Below the pieces are notes generated by a model. That model did no database searches and was not told the DNA's origin. It was given only the letters and a program-made list of their open reading frames with translations. Both the position numbers and the translations under genes were made by a program. Positions 1 to 9,827 of a stretch of DNA of 64,000 bases are shown one piece after another. Position 1 is the stretch's first letter, and the number at the start of each line of letters is the position of its first letter. Source of the stretch: a virus; the IMG/VR virus record IMGVR_UViG_3300010224_000001, positions 128,001 to 192,000 of that record; one strand, given 5' to 3'.

Positions 1-712
1 GTTAATCACCAAACTGAATCTGGATAACCGTCCTGTCGCTTGGGGTAACTTGATTGACAAACCCGACGCATTTGAACCGGCTCCGCACTTACATGACGCG
101 GGTGACGTTTACGGTATGGAATATATCGTCACGGCGTTAGAACGGGTAGCGCAAGCAATTCAGATTGGTTCACTGCCGGGCGAATCGAAGATCTACGGGT
201 ACATGGATTCGCAAATCCAAGCATTGTACAAAGCACTGAATGACTTTGCAACCTCGACCCAAACCAAAGCTTCTGTTCTCAGAGCGCTTGGTTATACCCC
301 GGCTGATAAAGCAGGCGATACCTTCACTGGTGCCGTTACCTTGACTAAAGGTCTGAACTTAGCCAGTTACTTAAAAGAATCAATCGTGCAGGTGGAAGCA
401 CGTGGTTCGGAAACAGTGCTGGACTTAAGCGCTGGTAGTATCTTCTTCATCAAAGTCTACGCAAGTAGCGGTATTCGTTTCGATACCTCCAAGATCACTG
501 GTATTGGTCCGAACGATTCGATCAGCTTTACGGTGGTGATTGTCAATGCTGTCGCCAATGCTGGTATTTCGTTTGTGAATACCGTGGCTTGGTCAGGTGG
601 TAACATTCCGCCTCGTACAGTAACTTTGAATGGACGCGATGAATACTACTTCAGTACCTTCAATAGCGGAGCTAGCTATACTGGATCGCTGTCTGATCAA
701 GACGTGAAGTAA
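1..712 (+). CDS. phiKZ-like virion structural/tail-associated protein (5' partial)
   Basis: Frame is open from position 2 (LITKLNLDNRPVAWGNLIDKPDAFEPAPHLHDAGDVYGMEY), resembling phiKZ-family virion proteins; tail-fibre-like LGYTPADKAGDTFTG motif and beta-rich C-terminus. Confidence 0.65.
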   Translation, partial: LITKLNLDNRPVAWGNLIDKPDAFEPAPHLHDAGDVYGMEYIVTALERVAQAIQIGSLPGESKIYGYMDSQIQALYKALNDFATSTQTKASVLRALGYTPADKAGDTFTGAVTLTKGLNLASYLKESIVQVEARGSETVLDLSAGSIFFIKVYASSGIRFDTSKITGIGPNDSISFTVVIVNAVANAGISFVNTVAWSGGNIPPRTVTLNGRDEYYFSTFNSGASYTGSLSDQDVK

Positions 713-721
713 GGAGTCATT

Positions 722-2284
722 ATGCCAACTCTCGCTGGTAGAAAGCGCAGGGAAAGAACCAATGCCTCTTCGGTGAATCCGTCCATGGTGTATAATTCAC
801 CGGGTGTCTATCAACCAAAATACGGTAAGATAAAGATCTACGTATCAGGTCATGGCTCACCAGGCAATTCACCAACACCGGCAACGATTGCTAACTACAA
901 TGCACCGACGCCTGGAACTGTCGCTGGTTATAATCCAACGACACCAGGCACAGCAGTCTACAACTCGCCAATCCCTGGCAATGTTGCGTACAACCCACCT
1001 AGTGGTGGTAATTTAGCAGGAACTAATCCACCTACTGAAGTACCGCAAACAGCAACCGCTGTGATTAACTATTCCACTGGTAACCCAACCAGCTATGATA
1101 GTTATACTTACGTAGTGCCTACGCAATGGCCACCGTATACGGTGTATCAGCAACACAACACGAATACAGGTAGTCCCGCAGGTGGTTACGAGTATCAGAT
1201 CTGGACCTTAAGTCAAAGTCCAGTGCCTGGTAATGCGTATTACAATCCAGTTGTGCCTGGAACGAAATATACCAATCCGCCAACTCCTGGCACGATTGCG
1301 TATAATCCACCGACACCTGGTAACGCGTACTATAACCCGGCCACTTACACTCCAGAAAGTTACTCGCCTGGATATGTGGTGCCTGGTAATTACGTGGCTG
1401 GTAATACTAACCCGCCGACGGCTGTACCTGGTAACTATGTGCCTGCGTCGTACACGCCTGGTAATACTGTTCCTGGTAACACGAACCCAGGAACCTATAC
1501 CCCTGGTAATACTGTGGCGGGCACAACTAACCCCGGCACTTACACCCCAGGGAACACGAACGCGCCCGTGTATTCGCCAGGTAATTATAATGGTTACCCA
1601 GGGTACAACGGTCCTGTGTATTTGTCGCAGGATATGTCCACCTTTGCTAATCAAACCTGTCCGATTGGTTGGTCATATTGGGTGCAGTGGGATCCTGAAG
1701 GTGGCAACTATAACCAAGAGATTTGCCGAACATACATCGAGGGCAATACCAATCCGCCGACGTATAGCGCAGGTTATGCGAATCCAGGTACGTACACTCC
1801 AGGTAATACCAACAATGCGTACACCAACCCGGCCACCTATACACCAGGTAACACGAATCCTACTACGATGAATTCGAGTTACTACGTTCCGGCTTACACC
1901 AATCCGACAACGTATACTCCCGGCACTACAAATAGTGGTTACAACAATACCACTTACGTGCCACCGACGTACGTAGCTTCCAAGTACACTCCAGGTAACT
2001 TGACGTATAACCCTGCAACACCGGGTAACGCTATGTATAACCCGTCAACGCCGGGTACTGCATACTACAACCCGACATCACCGGGTAATGCCAACTACAA
2101 TCCGGCTATTCCTGGTAACGCTGGTGCTGACTTTACTGCTATGGGAGTGACCTTCCCAGGCGGTCCAGTTGGCACTCCGGCGCAGGTAATCAGTGATACT
2201 TTGGTAACAGTGCCGTATACCAATACGACTGTGCCTGTTCCGGTTGGACCTGGTGGACAAGTTGTTGTTAAAGAAACATGGTAA
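722..2284 (+). CDS. Pro/Gly/Asn/Tyr/Thr-rich repeat protein, probable tail fibre/adhesin
   Basis: Many YNPxTPG and YTPGNT repeats; SD AAGGAG; lies between a tail-like gene and the lysis genes. Confidence 0.6.
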   Translation: MPTLAGRKRRERTNASSVNPSMVYNSPGVYQPKYGKIKIYVSGHGSPGNSPTPATIANYNAPTPGTVAGYNPTTPGTAVYNSPIPGNVAYNPPSGGNLAGTNPPTEVPQTATAVINYSTGNPTSYDSYTYVVPTQWPPYTVYQQHNTNTGSPAGGYEYQIWTLSQSPVPGNAYYNPVVPGTKYTNPPTPGTIAYNPPTPGNAYYNPATYTPESYSPGYVVPGNYVAGNTNPPTAVPGNYVPASYTPGNTVPGNTNPGTYTPGNTVAGTTNPGTYTPGNTNAPVYSPGNYNGYPGYNGPVYLSQDMSTFANQTCPIGWSYWVQWDPEGGNYNQEICRTYIEGNTNPPTYSAGYANPGTYTPGNTNNAYTNPATYTPGNTNPTTMNSSYYVPAYTNPTTYTPGTTNSGYNNTTYVPPTYVASKYTPGNLTYNPATPGNAMYNPSTPGTAYYNPTSPGNANYNPAIPGNAGADFTAMGVTFPGGPVGTPAQVISDTLVTVPYTNTTVPVPVGPGGQVVVKETW

Positions 2285-2339
2285 TAAATGCATGATGTTT
2301 ATGTAGAGCAACTTTTATTAACGTTTTAAGGACCGCAAA

Positions 2340-2537
2340 ATGAGGTACGGACTCATGTACGAAGGCGAGGTAGTCTCAATCTTTAAGCCTCCCGCCGGAC
2401 GGACTATCAACGACGTCATGACTGATGAGCGTGCGGAGGAGTACGTGAGTATTCCTGACCACGTTACAGTCGGTTATAAACAAACCCTGGATGGGAAGTG
2501 GGTTCCTCCCGATAGCACACTTCCTGATCCAGCTTAA
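2340..2537 (+). CDS. small protein, possible tail-fibre chaperone
   Basis: 65 aa, SD AAGGA; IPDHVTVGY..DGKWVPP resembles small fibre-associated proteins. Confidence 0.45.
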   Translation: MRYGLMYEGEVVSIFKPPAGRTINDVMTDERAEEYVSIPDHVTVGYKQTLDGKWVPPDSTLPDPA

Positions 2538-2552
2538 GAATAGGAGTGAAGA

Positions 2553-2933
2553 ATGGAATCACGATTCTTTGGTATTCGTCAATCCACCTGGCAAGAGATT
2601 CGCTACATGGCACTGCGTAGCATCTTCCTAGGCTTCTTAACGATTGCTGGTTTCGCCCTACTGGACTATCTGGTAGAAAGCGGTGCTGCTGATCGTTTCG
2701 CCCTGGTGCATCGTTTCCCTGAGTTCATCCTGATGATGAGTGCGGCTGCTAAGCTGACCTTTATCAAGATGTCGCTCTACTGGATTCGTTTAGGTACGCA
2801 AGTGCGCAATGTTAAGCAAGATGCAATTGAATCTGCGAACAGAACGCCGCTGAGTGCTGCAATTGTGTATGCTACCAATACTGTTGGCGCGTTAGCACAC
2901 ATTGCCGTATTCCTCTTGCTGATGTATCTGTGA
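2553..2933 (+). CDS. putative holin / membrane protein
   Basis: About three hydrophobic segments; stop codon overlaps the endolysin start. Confidence 0.5.
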   Translation: MESRFFGIRQSTWQEIRYMALRSIFLGFLTIAGFALLDYLVESGAADRFALVHRFPEFILMMSAAAKLTFIKMSLYWIRLGTQVRNVKQDAIESANRTPLSAAIVYATNTVGALAHIAVFLLLMYL

Positions 2934-3628
2934 TGGGTAAGTTCTTCGACAAGCTCATTATAGGGTTGACGCTCTTCTTCCATTTGACTATGGTGTTCGG
3001 AGCGTCAACCCTACCGGGTGACTCGGCAAGACTCCTGCCAGTTTTAAATAACGAAATCACAACCTTCTGGCCTACTCTTACACCCCGCACTTTTCCTGCT
3101 GGTGTGATCGATCAAGAAAGTAACTGGAAGGTCAGAGCGACTCTGAAAACTTCCCGTGAACTTGGTTGTGGATTAGGTCAATTTACGATTGCGTATGATG
3201 CGAATGGTAAACCACGCTTTGATGCTTTAACAGAAACCAAACAACTTAACTCTAATTTGAAAGGGTGGAGTTGGAGTGACTGTTATAACGAAGAGTATCA
3301 GATGCGTGGTGTACTAACTAAGCTTCGTGTAAATGACCGTAACTGTACCGGACTCATGCGTGATAATCGCGAGATTAAAGCGTGTGCAGCTGCGCAGTAT
3401 AATGGCGGCGCAGGAAGTGTCGCAAAACGCATCAGAACGTGCCGTATGACGCCTGGATGCGATTCCCGTGTATGGTTTGACAACTTGGACAAACAGTGCC
3501 CACAATCGACTGTAAAGGTCGCAGGGTACGGTGAGTCGTTTTGTGAAATCAACAGTAAGTATCCGTCTCGGGTATTTAATCGCATGACTAAGTTTGAGGG
3601 TTTCTTTTCAAAAGAAACAAAAAAATAA
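2930..3628 (+). CDS. lytic transglycosylase (SLT-like) endolysin with N-terminal signal/SAR segment
   Basis: IDQES catalytic Glu motif, GLGQF, AAQYNGGAG; hydrophobic N-terminus; several Cys. Confidence 0.85.
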   Translation: MMGKFFDKLIIGLTLFFHLTMVFGASTLPGDSARLLPVLNNEITTFWPTLTPRTFPAGVIDQESNWKVRATLKTSRELGCGLGQFTIAYDANGKPRFDALTETKQLNSNLKGWSWSDCYNEEYQMRGVLTKLRVNDRNCTGLMRDNREIKACAAAQYNGGAGSVAKRIRTCRMTPGCDSRVWFDNLDKQCPQSTVKVAGYGESFCEINSKYPSRVFNRMTKFEGFFSKETKK

Positions 3629-3640
3629 AGACAGCGACAT

Positions 3641-3675
3641 AGAGCCAGCTACCTCCTTGCGGGGGTAGCTGGACT
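3641..3675. terminator. bidirectional terminator hairpin
   Basis: CCAGCTACCTCC-TTGC-GGGGGTAGCTGG inverted repeat between convergent genes, flanked by CATA/TTATG. Confidence 0.8.
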
Positions 3676-3683
3676 TATGCCGT

Positions 3684-4058
3684 TTAGTCGATGTTGTAAG
3701 CTTCACGCAGCTGACGCATATGGTGGCCACCGTCACGGTATTCGACAGTGATATCGCGAGCGATCTCGACGTCACTCATGCCTTGCTTGCGGCGTGCTGC
3801 AACGTATTTGGCGCGCGCATCGCCGAACTGTTTGCTGAGAACGCTGATGGTTTCGTCCTCTTCGGTTACCGTTGCATCAGGCTTCAGTTCTGCCACCACT
3901 TTGATCCAGATAGCGGATTTCTTGTCATCGCAGGTATGGCCGATGATTTTCCAACCAGCCATGGTCAGTCTGACGATCTCAGCGTGCGTTTCTTCCAACA
4001 CACCTGGTGGAGATTTGAGATCGGGCACTTCCATGATTTTCATTTCACACAGGGACAT
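3684..4058 (-). CDS. hypothetical protein
   Basis: ORF with SD in a tightly packed minus-strand operon. Confidence 0.7.
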   Translation of the reverse strand: MSLCEMKIMEVPDLKSPPGVLEETHAEIVRLTMAGWKIIGHTCDDKKSAIWIKVVAELKPDATVTEEDETISVLSKQFGDARAKYVAARRKQGMSDVEIARDITVEYRDGGHHMRQLREAYNID

Positions 4059-4082
4059 GATACTTTCCTTTCTAATTGATTG

Positions 4083-4520
4083 TTATTTATTCAGCAGATT
4101 TTTATCGAAGATCATACCGACGAGATTGTCGAGTTCTTCGATGGCGACATTCTTTTCGTTCTTAGCTTTTGTCAATTCTTCCATATGGAAACCGCTAGAA
4201 CTAATAGCCATGCGAACCTCCATACAGAGCACGATGTTCATTCGCACACCGTCGATCATTACTGCCGGTTCAGATTCAACCATACTACCCGGTAAACCTG
4301 GATGTCCGATAAAGAGACCGATGTTAACCAACGGATCCTTATCAATCAACTGAACCAAGGTCATTGCATTCTGACGATAATGGTAGAATACCGTTAGGTC
4401 AGTTGTACCATTATCGCGAATGATGTCGCTATTTGAAGCGATATCGAGGAGTAAGACTTCGCGTAAGCAGTCGAGTTGTTGCTGATTCAGGTCATGTCCG
4501 TTAATACTTACAGAACGCAT
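4083..4520 (-). CDS. hypothetical protein
   Basis: ORF with SD; N-terminus (SVSINGHDL) resembles that of 5541..6077 (TVRINGITL). Confidence 0.7.
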   Translation of the reverse strand: MRSVSINGHDLNQQQLDCLREVLLLDIASNSDIIRDNGTTDLTVFYHYRQNAMTLVQLIDKDPLVNIGLFIGHPGLPGSMVESEPAVMIDGVRMNIVLCMEVRMAISSSGFHMEELTKAKNEKNVAIEELDNLVGMIFDKNLLNK

Positions 4521-4530
4521 ACAGTTCCCC

Positions 4531-4842
4531 TTATTTAACCGTTACATTGTTGAACCAGTAATGCCAGTGAGCAGACTGTGAACACGATGACCATTCGATG
4601 CGGATCACGTTGTCATCATTATCGCCCGTTTTGTTATACTTCGCATCGACTATGCCAGTATCGCCATCGCAACCGACGACTTCCATACCGATCCAAATTT
4701 CATCGTACGGAACTTCGGACAACTTCTTGCCGGAATGAACACTTACCAGTTCCAAACCGGCTTCACGTAGTCCATCACGAAGTTGTTTTGGAGTCAACCC
4801 TTCGATGGTCCTTAAAGCGCGTTGTAAGAAGACGTCGTTCAT
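4531..4842 (-). CDS. hypothetical protein
   Basis: ORF overlapping the upstream gene (ATGA). Confidence 0.7.
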   Translation of the reverse strand: MNDVFLQRALRTIEGLTPKQLRDGLREAGLELVSVHSGKKLSEVPYDEIWIGMEVVGCDGDTGIVDAKYNKTGDNDDNVIRIEWSSCSQSAHWHYWFNNVTVK

Positions 4843-5096
4843 GATTTGAGGTCAATCAAAATGTAATCGTCATAATCACTACCATCGTACCGATCGTAAT
4901 AGATCGCGCGGGTGTGGATCTTTTCCGACGTAATGACAAGATCGTCGAGCGTAGCACTCGGCCATTTACGTTTCGCGATATCGAGCAGATCAGCCATCGT
5001 GTTGTCCATACCGCTCAGGACGTAGATCCGGGTATCCGTATCGTCCGGAGTGAAGTCCCAGCACTCTTGCGTACCTTCACGCAATTGTTTACCCAT
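4839..5096 (-). CDS. hypothetical protein
   Basis: ORF with SD AAGGA. Confidence 0.7.
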   Translation of the reverse strand: MGKQLREGTQECWDFTPDDTDTRIYVLSGMDNTMADLLDIAKRKWPSATLDDLVITSEKIHTRAIYYDRYDGSDYDDYILIDLKS

Positions 5097-5111
5097 GATG
5101 ATGTTCCTTTC

Positions 5112-5537
5112 TTAGTTGTTTAATTGCTGTTCGAGGAGATTGATGAGATGTTCGATGTTGGAGAATTCCTCGCTATCTTCGGCATTGCTATTACGATACC
5201 ACACCAAAGCAGCATGCAATCGCTTTTCATCATCTTTCGACAGACGCATTGCGGTGTCGCCCAGCCAACTCAATACCGAGTTACTTTCATCGGTATCAGC
5301 ACGGATGCCATCAAAGCGTTCCATAAGAACAAAGACAGCCCGTCGTTCTTTGATGGTTTTTTCACGCTGGACCTCCATCACTTCTTTACCAGCAGCCATT
5401 TCGATAGCTGCCGACATTTCCGAGATGTGGCGAATCAATACTGGCCGCATCCGCTTTGCTACTTGCGGCTCAATAATCCAACCATGGATTGACAGCTGAA
5501 TGTTTCCGGAATAATCTTTATCGATCTTAACGCTCAT
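5112..5537 (-). CDS. hypothetical protein
   Basis: ORF in operon with SD. Confidence 0.7.
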   Translation of the reverse strand: MSVKIDKDYSGNIQLSIHGWIIEPQVAKRMRPVLIRHISEMSAAIEMAAGKEVMEVQREKTIKERRAVFVLMERFDGIRADTDESNSVLSWLGDTAMRLSKDDEKRLHAALVWYRNSNAEDSEEFSNIEHLINLLEQQLNN

Positions 5538-5540
5538 GCC

Positions 5541-6077
5541 TTACTCCCTTAATTCACGCACCATGCGGCCAGTCGGAACACCTTTCGACACCTCACGTTT
5601 CCAACCATCGTTTGGTGGCGGGTCCGTGTGAATGCGTGACAGATCAGCTTGTGTCATGTGACGATATTCGAAATTCTGTTTACCGTCACCCAGATGGAGT
5701 TTGAAATTCTCCATCACCTTTTTGTGTTCAGGCGGACATTCTTTCATTTTACTGTAGATGTCCCAAGCGACTTCGATTACTGCAACATACTGGTCCGGTA
5801 AATCCAGATCAGCAATTGTGATCTTTCTCCGGCGGTCGTAATTGAGGAAGGTAGTCGCATCTTCGGGAGAAGGTCCTTCAATGCCGGTGTCGAAGAAGTT
5901 GAGAAGATGCAGCAAGCGGCGCCGTTGCAAAGCAGCTTCCAATACCTTCTGCATACCGCTGAAGATCCCGACGTCAACCATCAGAATCAAAGCCAGTACC
6001 TCTTCCAAGGCACGCCGGAATACCGCCCTCGAATTCTCATCGAGAGTGATGCCGTTAATGCGAACAGTACTAAACAT
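5541..6077 (-). CDS. hypothetical protein
   Basis: ORF with SD AAGGAGG. Confidence 0.7.
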   Translation of the reverse strand: MFSTVRINGITLDENSRAVFRRALEEVLALILMVDVGIFSGMQKVLEAALQRRRLLHLLNFFDTGIEGPSPEDATTFLNYDRRRKITIADLDLPDQYVAVIEVAWDIYSKMKECPPEHKKVMENFKLHLGDGKQNFEYRHMTQADLSRIHTDPPPNDGWKREVSKGVPTGRMVRELRE

Positions 6078-6086
6078 TTAACCTCC

Positions 6087-6395
6087 TTAACTGATGTTGA
6101 CAGATACAGCAGTGCTGACAGTCGCTGGATTAACTTCAATCGCAACGAACTCGTCTTTACTGTAGCTGGTAAGACTGGTTTTGGTACGTTTCTCGATTTC
6201 AGTCACCCATTCAGTTTTGTCAAGGAATGCTTGATAACTGATGTAGGAGAACGAAGAAGGAGAATCGCCTGGGTCATAACCTGGCTCGGTGCCAGTGCTC
6301 GTAGTGATGATCGCCCAATGTTTTTCCTTGGGAATGTCTTTCGAATTAGAGCAGTAAAATTTAGTACGTTGAGGTTGTGGATTACTGAAATTCAT
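6087..6395 (-). CDS. hypothetical protein
   Basis: ORF with SD. Confidence 0.7.
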   Translation of the reverse strand: MNFSNPQPQRTKFYCSNSKDIPKEKHWAIITTSTGTEPGYDPGDSPSSFSYISYQAFLDKTEWVTEIEKRTKTSLTSYSKDEFVAIEVNPATVSTAVSVNIS

Positions 6396-6406
6396 GCTTA
6401 ATTTCC

Positions 6407-6910
6407 TTATGCCGCCAGCTCGAAACGCTTTGCGTCGAATTGGAATTGACGACCATTTGCTTTGAGCACGATGATGAATGGACGATTGACGTTAGTGCGG
6501 TCCATCATGGTAACGATGTCTCCCCATTTCAGACCACCATCGCACGGTTCGCCATCTTCTTCCGTAACCCAGACAGCGCGCAGCTTGTCGTCCTTCTTGA
6601 AGACTTGAGGTTGGACAACACGAATGGAATCCGGCTCGTAAACATCTTTGTAACCTTGCGGATACTTCTCGCTCGGATCGTAGTGAACCACGTATGGGCA
6701 ACGCGCACTACTGTAGAAACCCGAAACAAGACCGCCCAGGAGACCAGCCTTACTAGCCAGCTCGATTGCCTCAGCAGGCTTCTCTTCCAGGTACGAATTA
6801 GGTTGCGCACCGTTGTACGCAACGATGACGCCTTTACCATGGGTGTTCGGACCACCGTCGAAGTGAGTGACGCGAGTACCGATCGGAAGAAGTTCGTTAT
6901 TGGTGTTCAT
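6407..6910 (-). CDS. hypothetical protein (possible SH3-like barrels)
   Basis: LPIGTRV...GVIV and FKKDDKL...KWGDIVT patterns. Confidence 0.65.
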   Translation of the reverse strand: MNTNNELLPIGTRVTHFDGGPNTHGKGVIVAYNGAQPNSYLEEKPAEAIELASKAGLLGGLVSGFYSSARCPYVVHYDPSEKYPQGYKDVYEPDSIRVVQPQVFKKDDKLRAVWVTEEDGEPCDGGLKWGDIVTMMDRTNVNRPFIIVLKANGRQFQFDAKRFELAA

Positions 6911-6921
6911 GCATGTTCCTT

Positions 6922-7296
6922 TCAGTCGTATTTATAGCCAGTAGGTTCTTTGATTTCGCCATGGATTGGATAGGATTCCAGAGGTTCGAGCACGACCCTC
7001 ATCACCACAGCTTTACCTTCAGCTTTAGGTTTCTTATTGTCGATGTCGAGTGCGCCTTGAACATCAGTGTCGGGGAACAACGTACCACCGCTAAGTACCC
7101 GCGGCGACTGCTTAGCTTTCTCGCTCAAATCAACCGCGACAGCAACGGCATCTTCCTTCTTGTAGTGCACGTCTGCTTGAGACAATCTGCTAGGCCACCA
7201 CGGGCAGCCGCCAGAAGTACGATCGATGGCATGGAAACGTTTGACTTCATTGTTTTCGACGATTGCAACGACGAAGCATTCTTGATTGATATTCAT
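6922..7296 (-). CDS. hypothetical protein
   Basis: ORF with SD and upstream TAATAATCAATTA motif. Confidence 0.7.
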   Translation of the reverse strand: MNINQECFVVAIVENNEVKRFHAIDRTSGGCPWWPSRLSQADVHYKKEDAVAVAVDLSEKAKQSPRVLSGGTLFPDTDVQGALDIDNKKPKAEGKAVVMRVVLEPLESYPIHGEIKEPTGYKYD

Positions 7297-7342
7297 GATA
7301 AGTTCCTTGTAATTGATTATTAGGAGAGAGTGAAACTATTGA

Positions 7343-7540
7343 TTAATACCAGCCGTAGTCACCATGACCAGCAGCTTGGTTCCAGCCATCGTTCCAAGCG
7401 CTCGCCATTGCGTCATCCTTACCGATGTAGGGATTCTTACGGTAGTAGTAGCGATAATCGCTCTGGCCTTGTTTACGTGCTTCGTTGAGACGCATTTCGC
7501 GTTGAGTCATGTGAACGCCGTCGATAAAGTGCATTGTCAT
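7343..7540 (-). CDS. hypothetical protein (Rmf-like NPY...W.xGW motif)
   Basis: ARKQG...KNPY...AWNDGWNQA pattern resembles Rmf/CrpP-like small proteins. Confidence 0.5.
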   Translation of the reverse strand: MTMHFIDGVHMTQREMRLNEARKQGQSDYRYYYRKNPYIGKDDAMASAWNDGWNQAAGHGDYGWY

Positions 7541-7552
7541 GTTACAGTCCTT

Positions 7553-7762
7553 TCAAGTTTTAAAGTTGTTGAGCATCTTTTTGACATCTTCATCGGTGAG
7601 TGGAGTACCATCTCGCCGTTTAAATTGGGTATTGCATTTAATACATTTATAAGTACCGTCGCCATTCTCGGCGCAACTGATGCCTAGTTCAAATATCTTA
7701 AAAGTGGAACCACATTCGCACATTGGAATGTCCAAAACTGTTTTTGACGATCCTTTCGCCAT
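7553..7762 (-). CDS. small zinc-ribbon protein
   Basis: CECG...CIKC motif. Confidence 0.6.
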   Translation of the reverse strand: MAKGSSKTVLDIPMCECGSTFKIFELGISCAENGDGTYKCIKCNTQFKRRDGTPLTDEDVKKMLNNFKT

Positions 7763-7773
7763 GACGATTCCTT

Positions 7774-8694
7774 TCAGTGTTTATTGAAGCGTTCTATTGC
7801 CCACGCACATTTGGAAATAAAACGTTTCTTGTTCTGACGCAGCCAAGCACCGAATGGTTTAACTGGATGCCATAACACATTCTTACGACGCCCAGCCCAC
7901 AGACGAATATTCATCGTACCGAACGAGCCGTTCTTATCAAACCCATCAGCAGTATGGCCGTAGTAGTGCTTGTTGCGATCTTCCTCCGCCACATGCTCAC
8001 CTTGACCGCCAATATCCACTACAGTGCGACCGGCATGCAAGAGAATGGTAGCCCACATGTTTTCATGGTGACCATCCCAGCCTTTGTGGTAATACGCATC
8101 GATGGTGTCGAGTGCTTCTGCACTAACGCGATAAAACGGTAAGAAGATCAACCAGTTGTTATCGGCATCGCAACCAGGGGTATAACGACGCGCAGAGTAA
8201 GTCCAGTCATCATAACCCCGCGCCAGGTGCGTCGCAAGCAGATCACCTTTACGTTTGCTGAGGTCTTTGAACAGATTAGCTGGATCGCCCGAATATTCCA
8301 CATCGTCTTCCAAGAACCAGTAGTTCTCAAATTGCGGCTGGATCTTACGGAACAGGATTGTGATCAGATCACTGTTACCTGGAATCAGACTAAATGGACG
8401 AGCCGCACCTTTATTCGGATAACCCAGCGTCTCAATCGCATCCACACCCAAAACGTAATAATCGAGGATCGCGCCACCCACGTCGATGCGTTTATACTGC
8501 GTCTTAGCTTTACCGTCAAACGTCACTACAACAAAGGAATTATAGGGCTGCGCTTTGAGGAAGGCTGCCCGGAATCGCAACATACGCTTTCGAGCGAGCT
8601 TGACGTCAGTGGTGATGTACAGTAGAACGTCTGGTTTTGCTTGCTGTTGAACAGGGATAAGGCGTGCGATTTCAAACAGATCTTCAAAATTCAT
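7774..8694 (-). CDS. glycosyltransferase-like protein (GT-A fold, DUF3405-like)
   Basis: YWFLEDDVEYSG DxD-like motif, GHHE, WHPVK; basic amphipathic C-terminus. Confidence 0.55.
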   Translation of the reverse strand: MNFEDLFEIARLIPVQQQAKPDVLLYITTDVKLARKRMLRFRAAFLKAQPYNSFVVVTFDGKAKTQYKRIDVGGAILDYYVLGVDAIETLGYPNKGAARPFSLIPGNSDLITILFRKIQPQFENYWFLEDDVEYSGDPANLFKDLSKRKGDLLATHLARGYDDWTYSARRYTPGCDADNNWLIFLPFYRVSAEALDTIDAYYHKGWDGHHENMWATILLHAGRTVVDIGGQGEHVAEEDRNKHYYGHTADGFDKNGSFGTMNIRLWAGRRKNVLWHPVKPFGAWLRQNKKRFISKCAWAIERFNKH

Positions 8695-8706
8695 GATACC
8701 TCCTAA

Positions 8707-8964
8707 TTAGTACATGAAGTATTTCGGATGCGCCATTGCACGTCCTACTAATGCAGTGTCGACTTCCGGATTGGATTTCAGACGTAAACCAGTTGATTCG
8801 CCGTAGACCTTTACGTCTTCTGGTTCGAAGTGGCAAAAGCCAGCACTCTTGACTTCGACGAAAACGCTTGCTAGGTTGACATGCTTGATGGTTTCAGAAC
8901 CCACAGCAGCTTCCAGCTCGCCATCGTGGGTTAATCCGACTACGTATTTTGATTTGGTGAACAT
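8707..8964 (-). CDS. hypothetical protein
   Basis: SAGF..VYGESTGLRLKS motif common in phage small proteins. Confidence 0.7.
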   Translation of the reverse strand: MFTKSKYVVGLTHDGELEAAVGSETIKHVNLASVFVEVKSAGFCHFEPEDVKVYGESTGLRLKSNPEVDTALVGRAMAHPKYFMY

Positions 8965-8990
8965 GCGCTTCCTTAGTTATTCTTGAGGGA

Positions 8991-9548
8991 TTATAGGTGT
9001 TCGTAAGAAACCAGCACCGGTTCTGCTACCGGTTCCTCATAACGGACAACACGAAGCATAACCAAGGGACTGTGCTCAAACACATTACTTTTTGTAGGTG
9101 GTTCGCCTTCGAAATTGAAGAATTGTTGATATGCTCGTTGGGCTGCAACGTTGTCACTCTTCCAGACGCAGTCAATTAAATCGAGCAAACGATGAAAAGG
9201 TTTAGTTGCAGCTTCCATATGCAGTTCATGAAACTTAATGATATTTTCACAAACATCACGCATTTCATACACGTCATCGGGAGTTGCTTGATAATTGGGA
9301 TGAAATGGGTTGGTGGTGAAATCAGGATTGGTACGGTGAGCGGCTTCGTATTTCAGAGCCAGTTGAATAGAAGCGACCACTTTGCTGGCTTCTTCCACAG
9401 TTGCATAGGTTTTAGGCTTACAAGCAGGTGCCGTCTCCGCATAAGCGTCGAGGCGATCACCATTCGGAAACCATACATGTGGACATACAAACATCGGCAT
9501 CAGTTTAGTGTTTTGCGTAGTGTAGGAATCGATCTGGATAGCGTACAT
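8991..9548 (-). CDS. hypothetical protein
   Basis: Start moved to the ATG at 9548, which follows SD AAGGA. Confidence 0.7.
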   Translation of the reverse strand: MYAIQIDSYTTQNTKLMPMFVCPHVWFPNGDRLDAYAETAPACKPKTYATVEEASKVVASIQLALKYEAAHRTNPDFTTNPFHPNYQATPDDVYEMRDVCENIIKFHELHMEAATKPFHRLLDLIDCVWKSDNVAAQRAYQQFFNFEGEPPTKSNVFEHSPLVMLRVVRYEEPVAEPVLVSYEHL

Positions 9549-9639
9549 GGTGTTTTCCTTATTGATTATTAAACAAAGCTTCCTAACTAGCATCCTATTG
9601 CTAAGACGCTAGTGAGTGACTTTTAGTTATTTTTCGATA

Positions 9640-9780
9640 TCAGTGTTCGTTTACGATCGATTTGATATCCCAGTCGGTCGCCTTCGTATCTTTCTTGAAG
9701 AGTTCTAAAGCTTCGACCAATTCCATTTGCCGCGGTGCTTTCCACACGGTTCCGTTGTAGAGCGTAATTGTCCAGAGCAT
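9640..9780 (-). CDS. small hypothetical protein (46 aa, not in ORF track)
   Basis: MLWTITLYNGTVWKAPRQMELVEALELFKK..., SD AAGGA. Confidence 0.55.
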   Translation of the reverse strand: MLWTITLYNGTVWKAPRQMELVEALELFKKDTKATDWDIKSIVNEH

Positions 9781-9827
9781 TTCTTTTTATCCTTTCAAAG
9801 AAAAAATGTTATTCCAGGCCGATTTCC

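Noticed and set aside
880-2120. Possible CRISPR-like or DNA-level tandem repeats
   Set aside because: Repeats are degenerate at synonymous positions and are explained by protein repeats
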